From assembly GCA_018992685.1 (NCBI GenBank), contig JACVGT010000011.1:32001-96000 (forward strand): a DNA stretch of 64,000 bases. The letters run 5' to 3'. The DNA is from Theionarchaea archaeon (GTDB lineage: Archaea > Methanobacteriota_B > Thermococci > Methanofastidiosales > SZ-28-30). A program made the position numbers and the translations under genes. This document shows, piece after piece, positions 51,232 to 59,420 of the stretch. Under the pieces are notes generated by a model that saw nothing but the letters and a program-made list of their open reading frames with translations, made no database searches and had not been told where the DNA came from. Numbering within the stretch: the first letter of the stretch is position 1; each line of letters opens with the position of its first letter.

Positions 51232-51891
51232 ATGGCAGATCAAACCTTGGAGATAACCTACTGGGAATCCGCCGGAGAAGTCAACACGGATAACCTCCTC
51301 AAAATCGTCAGAGAATGCGCCCTCCAACGTGATATTCCAGTAATAGTAGCCTCAGAAACTGGAAAGAGTGCATTGAGAGCACTCCAAATATTCAAAGACA
51401 CATCAATTCGCATGGTGGTGGTCACCCATTTCCCCGCCACGACGTGGGGGCCCAAGGGGAATATTCCTATTGGGCTTTTGAGAAATGAATACACAGAAGC
51501 AAGGAAAACGCTCCTGGACCACAATATTACCATAGTCCAGGGCACAAGGCCTTTTGCTCCCCCTTCCCGATCCATTGAGTGGGGATATCCAACGCCCGAA
51601 GCTGTAATGGATAAGACACTTGAACTCTTCGGGGCGGGAACTAAAATCGCTATTGAAGCTGCAATCATGGCTACAGATTCTGGAGCGGTCACTGACGGAG
51701 AGGAAGTCCTCTCCTGTGCAGGAACGTTCAAGGGATTGGATTGCGCTCTCATAGTAAAGACTACCTACAGCATGAATGTCTTCAGTCAGTTTGAAGTGCG
51801 GGAAGTCCTTGCCAAGCCCCGATATAGAGTAACGCAGCTTCCTGAATACACCTTTGACCATTGGAAGGGTGATCTTGAGCAGTATTACTGA
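51232..51891 (+). CDS. Pyruvate-kinase C-terminal alpha/beta-domain-like protein
   Basis: GEVNTD, IVASETGKSA, VVVTH, FGAGTKIAIEAAIMATDSG; GGAGG RBS. Confidence 0.8.
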   Translation: MADQTLEITYWESAGEVNTDNLLKIVRECALQRDIPVIVASETGKSALRALQIFKDTSIRMVVVTHFPATTWGPKGNIPIGLLRNEYTEARKTLLDHNITIVQGTRPFAPPSRSIEWGYPTPEAVMDKTLELFGAGTKIAIEAAIMATDSGAVTDGEEVLSCAGTFKGLDCALIVKTTYSMNVFSQFEVREVLAKPRYRVTQLPEYTFDHWKGDLEQYY

Positions 51892-52150
51892 CTATTATTA
51901 ATCGGCGTGAATGAGGTATGTCAGTCTTCAATAAAAAAGAGAAAGGAGGATGATATGGCGCAATACTATTATTAATCAATAGTATATAAAGCTTTCGGTT
52001 CATGACTCATATTTCGTCCTGATCACTTCACTTCATAAGCACATTCATTCAACCATTGCACGAAGTGGGACCTTCTCCTATGGAAAAACTCCTGAAATCC
52101 CCTCTTATTTTTTTCATCATCCATTCTCATTATTACACGACAGTTTAAAT

Positions 52151-52167
52151 AGAAACCTTTTTAAATA
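52151..52167 (+). promoter_or_regulatory. BRE/TATA promoter of RiPP cluster 2 precursor
   Basis: AGAAACC-TTTTTAAATA about 45 nt upstream of ATG 52211; AAGGAGGTG RBS at 52196-52204. Confidence 0.7.
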
Positions 52168-52210
52168 ATCCATATCATAAGTAATAGATAAGCTAAAGGA
52201 GGTGTAACAA

Positions 52211-52351
52211 ATGATAAATGTGCCTATGGTATTTGAGGGTCCTGCCCTGCTGGCCAACACAATGGTTCCGTTAGGGCGGGGGACTAATGTCTGCTGCTAC
52301 AATGATACTGATGGAGACTACTACTGCTGCATCAAGACTGAAGTCCTATAA
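52211..52351 (+). CDS. Putative RiPP precursor peptide 2 (46 aa, MINVPMVFEGPALLANTMVPLGRGTNVCCYNDTDGDYYCCIKTEVL), absent from the ORF track
   Basis: Manual translation; strong RBS, promoter, oligo-T tract; upstream of rSAM/SPASM and PqqD genes. Confidence 0.85.
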   Translation: MINVPMVFEGPALLANTMVPLGRGTNVCCYNDTDGDYYCCIKTEVL

Positions 52352-52358
52352 AGAATTG

Positions 52359-52382
52359 TTTTTTCTCTTTTTTTGTCTTTTT
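52359..52382 (+). terminator. Oligo-T archaeal terminator/attenuator after precursor 2
   Basis: TTTTTTCTCTTTTTTTGTCTTTTT directly after the peptide stop. Confidence 0.65.
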
Positions 52383-52591
52383 CCGATTTGGGAAATACGT
52401 TGTGAATGGGGAGGTTGTGCTAGTGTCATTCAAAAGTCGTCTATCTTGTCAGGGTGAGATTATACATTCATATGCAATCAGACGGTCATGTGATTGCCAT
52501 GGAAGCAGAATCAGAATCGTACCTTGTGTCATAAGAGTCCAGTGGTTCTCTTCGTATCCCTTTTGTCCCCTCTCCACAGAGACGTGGTAGC

Positions 52592-53680
52592 ATGCTGGCA
52601 AAAGTGGAATTGACGGCCCGCTGCAATTTGAACTGTATGCACTGCAGCGCATCCATTTATAGACCCTCTCCAGAATGGAAGACAAGCCAATTACTAGGGC
52701 TACTTGAACAGCTCATAGATAATGGATATGATAGCTTCGATCTCAAAGGGGGTGAACCGTTTATCCGTTCTGACATATTCGAGATATTGGATTTCCTGGA
52801 ACGACACGATGCTTCATTCTTTCTTTCCACCAATGGACTTCTTCTTGATGAAGAAAAGATACGCAGGGTGCTCTCCTATCAGAGGCTTTCGACCTTCACT
52901 GTCAGTCTTGACGGCGCAACGAAAGAGACACACGAGGCCATGAGAGGAAAGGGCACATTTCATCCAACTCTAGAAATCATTAGGAGGATCGCTGAAACAA
53001 GAGAAATGCTAGGTTCACAGATACGGTTTGGTCTCAACTATGCCCTGACAAAGGTCAACTACCAGGAAATCAAAGATGTCTTTCACCTTGCAGATGAGCT
53101 TGGATTCAGTGCAGTGTTTGTTCTCTGCCTGTCTCTTATCGGCAACGCTCTTGAACATAAGGGTGACCTGTTCTTGCTAGAAAGAGACGAGCTTGCTGCG
53201 CTGAAGGAAGGAGCCACTGTTCTGAGGAAGATAGATATTGCTCGTCAGATCAGAGGGCTGTCTCCACTCGAATTCAACGTTGAGTTGTTCCCCTATAAAT
53301 GGAAGTGCCGGCTGATGAAATGGTCAGGACATTACAAAGGTTTCATAACAAAGAACCAGTGTAGTGCTGGGGTCAGCGAAATATATGTCGGAGCCGACGG
53401 TACAATCTATCCGTGTGAAGGAGTGAGAGTCTTTCTGAAGATGGTGGAAGAGGAAGTTGGACATTACACACGACCAAGTGTTTGGAATTATACAATCAAT
53501 GAGGCGAGACAGGAGGAATCTTTCAAGAAGATTGTAGACTTCCTCCATGATTACGACCGATTGTTTGAGTCCATAGAGCCCTGCAACACATGCGAACACC
53601 TCAGAAAATGTACAATATGTCCCCTGTTTGCCCGGGCAGACGGAAAGGTGAATAGATGCACAGAAGAGGTGTTGATTTGA
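52592..53680 (+). CDS. Radical SAM/SPASM-like maturase D (no fused RRE)
   Basis: CNLNCMHC, GGEP, VSLDG; C..GTIYPC..CNTC-x5-CTIC..C. Confidence 0.9.
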   Translation: MLAKVELTARCNLNCMHCSASIYRPSPEWKTSQLLGLLEQLIDNGYDSFDLKGGEPFIRSDIFEILDFLERHDASFFLSTNGLLLDEEKIRRVLSYQRLSTFTVSLDGATKETHEAMRGKGTFHPTLEIIRRIAETREMLGSQIRFGLNYALTKVNYQEIKDVFHLADELGFSAVFVLCLSLIGNALEHKGDLFLLERDELAALKEGATVLRKIDIARQIRGLSPLEFNVELFPYKWKCRLMKWSGHYKGFITKNQCSAGVSEIYVGADGTIYPCEGVRVFLKMVEEEVGHYTRPSVWNYTINEARQEESFKKIVDFLHDYDRLFESIEPCNTCEHLRKCTICPLFARADGKVNRCTEEVLI

Positions 53681-53771
53681 TGTATTATTTCGAGATCTTT
53701 TCACGCGAGCAAAGACGTTGGATGAATGGAGCTGGAGTACTCTTCAGAAGATCTGGAATCTGGGTGACGTC

Positions 53772-54893
53772 ATGAAGGTGAGACTTGACATTACAACTCG
53801 GTGTAACCTCAATTGCCTCCATTGTGGAGCGACGGAATTCAAGACAGAGAGAGAATGGACAACTGAGGAAGCACTCCAAGCTTTTGAGAGCATGATTTCT
53901 TATGGTATAGACCACTTTGATTTTCTAGGCGGAGAGCCATTTATTCGCAAGGACATCCTGGAACTTTTCTCCCATTTGAGTGATCAAGGCGCGAGGATTC
54001 TCGTGGTTACCAATGGTCTACTCCTGAATGAGGAAATTATTGATTTTCTGGCCAATCTGGAAACCTTCTCCGGAATTTCTGTGAGCATTGATGGGGCATC
54101 AAGAGAAGTGCATGAGACTATTCGCGGCAAAAATACATTTGACCGTACTGTAGCGAATGTACAGGCCCTGTTATCCAGAAGAAATAGGAGAACCCCATCG
54201 TTCACTGTTGGCCTTACCTGTGTTTTGAATCGGATGAATGTTCTGGAATCTGGCGCAATGATGGAACTGGCGGATCAGATTGATGTGGATAGTGTTTCAT
54301 TCACACCTATGGGATGGATTGGCAATGCCAGGAAAAACAAAGATGACCTGTATATAGACCCCCAGGAAGAGTTCACCGCCTATGATAAGGCAATTCGCAG
54401 AGTAATCCAGATTAACAGAGTTCGTGCAATTAAGGGAAAACATCCTTTACGGTTTCCTATCGATAGCATACCTTTCACCTGGAAATATCACTTTGTGAAA
54501 AAGTATCCCTTGGTTCACCAGATAAGTGGTAAATTCAAGTGCTTGGCTGGAACGGGGACATTTCACGTGGACGGTTCAGGAGTGTTGTACCCCTGCGAGG
54601 CTGTCAAAATTCATAGAGCATCAATAGAGTCTGAGATCGGGGAGTACAGGAGCATGTCTCTGCCCGAGTACACCTTTGAAGAGATTGTCAAGAGTGGATT
54701 TTTCAAGAAAACTGTAGCATACATAAGAGATAGACATCATCTGACCGAGAACGTTGTACCATGTAAAGACTGCAAGTACGGTGATGGATGCAGCGTCTGC
54801 CCACTTCATGCGAGGTCTGAAGGAATCGTCCGTAATTGTGTGGAAGATACCATGAAGGGTGTAGTTGAAAGAGGTGATCTGCTTGAATCCTGA
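53772..54893 (+). CDS. Radical SAM/SPASM-like maturase E (no fused RRE)
   Basis: GGTGA RBS before ATG 53772; CNLNCLHC, GGEP, VSIDG; C..GVLYPC..CKDC-x5-CSVC..C; paralogue of 52592-53680. Confidence 0.9.
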   Translation: MKVRLDITTRCNLNCLHCGATEFKTEREWTTEEALQAFESMISYGIDHFDFLGGEPFIRKDILELFSHLSDQGARILVVTNGLLLNEEIIDFLANLETFSGISVSIDGASREVHETIRGKNTFDRTVANVQALLSRRNRRTPSFTVGLTCVLNRMNVLESGAMMELADQIDVDSVSFTPMGWIGNARKNKDDLYIDPQEEFTAYDKAIRRVIQINRVRAIKGKHPLRFPIDSIPFTWKYHFVKKYPLVHQISGKFKCLAGTGTFHVDGSGVLYPCEAVKIHRASIESEIGEYRSMSLPEYTFEEIVKSGFFKKTVAYIRDRHHLTENVVPCKDCKYGDGCSVCPLHARSEGIVRNCVEDTMKGVVERGDLLES

Positions 54894-55497
54894 AACAACA
54901 TATGTACACTTAGGTGAAGACGTCTACTGGCACAGGGATGTTTCAAGAGTGTATATTTTCTCTGAGAAGACAGGAGAATCCATGCAAGGAAACATGACAG
55001 CAGGTAGAATCATGGAGCTCTCCGATGGAACCCGCTCTGTTGAAGAGATCGGGAAAACACTCCTGAGAGAGTTCACAGAAGGTCCGAGCTTTGAGGAGAT
55101 TCTAGAATTGGTCACTGACTTCCTCCTAGAATGTGAAAACAGAGGGTTTGTAGAACTACGAGCATCCCCGGCAGAGAAGCCTTCCTCCAGAGATCTCAAG
55201 GAATTTACACACGCTGATGTTGAAAGACTTCTCGAGGACAATGCTGTTCTGATCATAGATGAGACGGCATCTTTTGAGCTCAAAGAAGACGACAGTCTGA
55301 TTACGTACAGCGCCAGGGATGGCGAGTACCTGAAGCTCAGTAAAGAAGAGAAAGAAATCCTCACAATAATGCTGGAGGAGAAACCACTTCAGGAGGTACT
55401 CTCCGATTTTTCACAAGAGCACAAGGAAGGGTCCAGAGATATTCTCGTGGAATTCGCAACACAGTTGCTTAACAGGGGATTGGCAAGAATACAGTGA
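54883..55497 (+). CDS. Stand-alone PqqD-family peptide chaperone with two RRE-like domains
   Basis: GAGGTGA RBS with TTG start; NMTAGRIMELSDGTRSVEEI...FL...GFV, plus a second similar beta3/alpha3 unit ending QLLNRGL. Confidence 0.8.
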   Translation: MNPETTYVHLGEDVYWHRDVSRVYIFSEKTGESMQGNMTAGRIMELSDGTRSVEEIGKTLLREFTEGPSFEEILELVTDFLLECENRGFVELRASPAEKPSSRDLKEFTHADVERLLEDNAVLIIDETASFELKEDDSLITYSARDGEYLKLSKEEKEILTIMLEEKPLQEVLSDFSQEHKEGSRDILVEFATQLLNRGLARIQ

Positions 55498-55634
55498 AGG
55501 AGTGTGTTGTGAACTGCTCTCTTCTCAAGTCTCGGTTATCACCTCCAAGTCTCGGAAAGAACAGATGGACCGGCTTAACCGAAAGATTCTTAAGATCTCA
55601 CACAACCCTTCTATAATGAGAAGGAGGCTGCCCC

Positions 55635-57455
55635 ATGATCCTGCAGAGCACAGTACCTTATAGAGAAGACATTCCTAATGCTGCATTAGGATATCTCAAA
55701 GGGTTTCTCACAGCAGAAGGCATTCCTGTCACTGCTCTTTACTGGAACCTCATTCTGGCCCGCAAGATTTCGGAATTTTACAGAGTACTGGCAGATTATT
55801 CGAAGGAGATGGGATTGTTTCATCCCGAGTCCGTTGGGCTATATATTTGCAGGAATCTGCTGACTGACCATTCTGATAATTCCAACCCAACAAAATTTGA
55901 TCTGATTTTCTCATCGATTTTTTCAAGAGAAGAGAGATCAGAGATGATCAGCTCAATACAGGATGAGATTTATCAGTATATCCAGAGGAACAGATTGCAT
56001 GAGGTACCTGTTGTTGGATTCACCTTGAAGACATATCAATGGATGCTGGGTTCCTACTTGATCCAGTGTTTCAAAGAGATGAACACTGATGTCACTATTG
56101 TGATAGGTGGGATTACTGATGAGTCCCAGGCAATCACCTACATGAAGATATTTGAATTGGCTGATTTTGCCATCTGGGGAGAGGGTGAATTCCCACTGGT
56201 GCACCTCGTGAGAACTCTGGAAGAAGGTACAGACGTTTCCGGAGTGCCTAACCTTGTATATCGGAGTGATAAGACCATTCTTTCGACAAAAGTATTTGGT
56301 GACTCGTACTCCCTCCTTGATTCATATCCTTTTGCAGATCACTCTGATTATTTTGAAACTGTGAGGAGGTTCGATCCTTTCAGGAAATACGTCACTATTC
56401 CCATATGGGGAAGCAGGGGCTGCCCATGGGACAGATGCAAATTCTGCACTTCGAGCGGAGGATACAAGTATCGCTTCCGCTCACCGGAAAACATTGTTGA
56501 AGAGATAGAGGTCCAGTCAAAAAAACACCGTGCGGACGACTTCATTTTCGTGGATACTGAACTTGCAGGCAACAAGAAGAGATTCTTGAGTCTTCTGAGA
56601 CTGCTCATGCAGAGTATCGTCAGTAGAAAAAGACCATATCGACTGAGTGGGGAAATATCTCCTCTTTCAATAGACAGAGAGACGGCGCAATACATAAAGC
56701 GTGCGGGATTCGTCAGCCTGCAGATTGGATTTGAGGCAGTCACTGACACACTCTTGAGAAAGATGCAGAAGAGGCAGATGATTGTTCACAACATTGAGAC
56801 ACTAAAGATCGGAGGTCAACATTCGCTACCTCTGAGAGGTCTCAACATCATTAGGGGAATTCCAACAGAAACCGCAGGCGATGTTCTGGAAAGTTGTATT
56901 AATTTGAAATTTTGGCGGTTCCTTCTATCTGATTTTCGTATCAGGCCCACTTTCTTCTTGCTGCACAAGAGATCTCTCTTTGACAGAGAGATGGCAGAAG
57001 AGGAAAAAGAGAAATGGAAGGCGGATTCACTCTGGGATGAGATTGTTCCAGCCCGTCTCGTGCCTGAATCTGATCGATTTGAATTCTCAAGTTTTCGAAG
57101 GGATCGGTTTGACCACCATCACCTGTGGGATATTTTTGAAGATCTCTTGATGTTCTATACAAAACAGAAAAGTTCCTATGAATGGATTGAATACCCAGAT
57201 GGTTCTCTTGTCGAAGAAAAAGGATTCAGAACCCACAAGCTCGCACTCAATCGAGAGCAGACAGATATTTTGGCTTTCTGCGATTCAGTAAAATCACTGT
57301 GTGATGTGGAAGAGAAATTCTCTCACTTGTGTGAGAATGAACTCTTTGAACTTTTAAATGGTCTGAAGACTTTGGGATTACTCTATTACGATAAGGAAAG
57401 CGGCAAGGCCATTTCGATTCTCGACACATCTAAAAGAAGAACTGAAGCGGGCTGA
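55635..57455 (+). CDS. B12-binding (class B) radical SAM enzyme, RiPP C-methyltransferase-like
   Basis: ALGYLKGFL, IVIGG, GEGE B12-binding features; SRGCPWDRCKFC; QIGFE...LLRKMQK; C-terminal wHTH-like segment. Confidence 0.82.
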   Translation: MILQSTVPYREDIPNAALGYLKGFLTAEGIPVTALYWNLILARKISEFYRVLADYSKEMGLFHPESVGLYICRNLLTDHSDNSNPTKFDLIFSSIFSREERSEMISSIQDEIYQYIQRNRLHEVPVVGFTLKTYQWMLGSYLIQCFKEMNTDVTIVIGGITDESQAITYMKIFELADFAIWGEGEFPLVHLVRTLEEGTDVSGVPNLVYRSDKTILSTKVFGDSYSLLDSYPFADHSDYFETVRRFDPFRKYVTIPIWGSRGCPWDRCKFCTSSGGYKYRFRSPENIVEEIEVQSKKHRADDFIFVDTELAGNKKRFLSLLRLLMQSIVSRKRPYRLSGEISPLSIDRETAQYIKRAGFVSLQIGFEAVTDTLLRKMQKRQMIVHNIETLKIGGQHSLPLRGLNIIRGIPTETAGDVLESCINLKFWRFLLSDFRIRPTFFLLHKRSLFDREMAEEEKEKWKADSLWDEIVPARLVPESDRFEFSSFRRDRFDHHHLWDIFEDLLMFYTKQKSSYEWIEYPDGSLVEEKGFRTHKLALNREQTDILAFCDSVKSLCDVEEKFSHLCENELFELLNGLKTLGLLYYDKESGKAISILDTSKRRTEAG

Positions 57456-57560
57456 TCCTGGCTGGCTGGAACCTTTGAGTCAGAATACACAGAGTCTGGA
57501 AAGAGAGTCTGGAGGCGCAGAAAGGAAAAGAGGTATGAAGTAGTACTGCGGTATTGAAAG

Positions 57561-59420
57561 CTATTCGGGTGCGATTTTTCTTATTTCTGCTGTTAGAATA
57601 TCGTTAATCAGCTTTCCATCCGCCTTCCCTCTTAGTTCTTTCATGCATACTCCCATCAGAGGAGCAACTGCTCGCATACCCTTCTCTTTTATTGTATCTC
57701 TGTTTTCTGCTACTATCTTCCGTACTATGTCTTCAACATCTTCTCGGGAAACTGGTTCCACTGTAATATCCTTGATCTTCTTTCCTTCTGCTATTTTTAG
57801 AAGAATATCATCCAGTGCTTCTTTTACTATTTGATGGTTGGCCAGTCTCTCGAGACAGAGTCTCAATTCATGTTCATCTTCAATGTATTTTCCCTCGTGT
57901 TCCAGTGCCTTGAGGATGTCAACCACTTTGATGAAGAGTGTTGGCTTGAGGTTCATGGTCTGGGTTTCTTCAAATACGTTCTCATATCCAGAATTGAGTA
58001 TTTTTTCTGCATGCTCCGGGGTCAGTGCGTACTCAGTGATGAACCGCTTGAGTTTTACATGAGGCAGCTCCGGCAGCTCTTTGTGGATACCTTCAATCCG
58101 TTCTCCTGAAATGACCAGTGAAGGGATATCTGTTTCTGGATACATTCGTTCTGCTCCCGGAAGAGGACGGGCATATCTGGTGTTCCCATCAGGGAGTGGT
58201 TCTCTGGTTTCTTCAGGTACTCCGGTTAGAGCCTCCTGAGCTCTGACTAACACTTCTTCAAGTGCTCTCCTTGACTTTTCTTCTTCATCAACTACCAGCA
58301 CAAAGGCGTCTTCTCCTTTCCTGTCCAATCTCTGACTGACTGCCGAAACCTCCTGGTCTGTAATTCCGTATGCGGGGAGTTCATCCGAATGGAAAATCCC
58401 TCCCACCCCCACCACTTTCGCCCTGTCAGAAAACTCGGTACCAAGCCGGCGACCTGGCTGTATCTCCTGTCCTACCAGGCCGCAGAATCCAGGAAGGATG
58501 ATACCAAGGACTCTTCCTCCTCTTTCCAGGATATTCTTGATGATTTTTGCCTTTGTGTCTGAGAAGCAGTCAGTCACATCTATAATTCCTTCATGTACAG
58601 AGGCTTTCCTCATTTCCAGCTCTCTCCGTATTTCTACAAGAGCAAGCTGCCTCTGCACTTCTCTTTCAATGTAAACAGCAATCAGATCCAGCTGCTGGAC
58701 ACCCTTGATCTCGCAGCGGGACCCCTCTTTTATAGAGATATTGAGGTCTTCCCTGATGGTGCCAAGTCCCCGCTTCACCTTGAGGGTGGCTCTCAGTACC
58801 TGTCCAATGGCAAGAGCAATATCTCTGGCTTCTTCTGGAGTTCTAATATCAGGATCTGTGGCCACTTCTATCAAGGGAATTCCCAGACGATCTAGCCTGT
58901 ATACCTTCTCTTCTCCCCTTGTTTCTATGATGCGGGCTGCATCTTCCTCTAGACAGACGGTAGGTATCCCATACTGCTTTCCTTCTACGTGCAGGACCCC
59001 ATGAGTGGCCAGGAGCAGTGTTCTTTGAAATCCAGAGGTGTTGGACCCATCGATGACAATCTTTCTCATGGTGTGCACTTCGTCTACAGGGCGTGCTCGT
59101 AGCAAGAGAGAAACTGCAAGACCTGTATCAACAGCTTCATTGCTGAGAGGGTGAGGGGGTTCTTCATCCAGTTCCACAAGGCATACGCTGTCATATCCCT
59201 GGTACACGAATGTTAGTCCCTTCTTGACCTCTGCTAAGGCTGCCTGATCGATTTTCCCTTTTTCGGAGAAAGATGGCCTTAATCTCCTTTTAATTTCGAA
59301 TTGAGGCTCATCTGTACGGAGTACTGTCGGACAGTGGCAGAAAAGCTTTCTCCCTGTATCCAACTGTTGATGGATTTCCAGCCCTACCTTCAATCCAATC
59401 TCCTCATACATGAGAGTCAC
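57561..59420 (-). CDS. gatE: Glu-tRNA(Gln) amidotransferase subunit E
   Basis: GLEIHQQL, MRKIVIDGSNTSGFQRT, RLDRLGIPLIE, RPLPGAERMYPETD. Confidence 0.97.
   Translation of the reverse strand: MTLMYEEIGLKVGLEIHQQLDTGRKLFCHCPTVLRTDEPQFEIKRRLRPSFSEKGKIDQAALAEVKKGLTFVYQGYDSVCLVELDEEPPHPLSNEAVDTGLAVSLLLRARPVDEVHTMRKIVIDGSNTSGFQRTLLLATHGVLHVEGKQYGIPTVCLEEDAARIIETRGEEKVYRLDRLGIPLIEVATDPDIRTPEEARDIALAIGQVLRATLKVKRGLGTIREDLNISIKEGSRCEIKGVQQLDLIAVYIEREVQRQLALVEIRRELEMRKASVHEGIIDVTDCFSDTKAKIIKNILERGGRVLGIILPGFCGLVGQEIQPGRRLGTEFSDRAKVVGVGGIFHSDELPAYGITDQEVSAVSQRLDRKGEDAFVLVVDEEEKSRRALEEVLVRAQEALTGVPEETREPLPDGNTRYARPLPGAERMYPETDIPSLVISGERIEGIHKELPELPHVKLKRFITEYALTPEHAEKILNSGYENVFEETQTMNLKPTLFIKVVDILKALEHEGKYIEDEHELRLCLERLANHQIVKEALDDILLKIAEGKKIKDITVEPVSREDVEDIVRKIVAENRDTIKEKGMRAVAPLMGVCMKELRGKADGKLINDILTAEIRKIAPE

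Noticed and set aside
57491-57513. AGAGTCTGGA direct repeat as an island boundary
   Set aside because: Both copies are adjacent, with no matching copy at the left side of cluster 2 and no integrase or transposase
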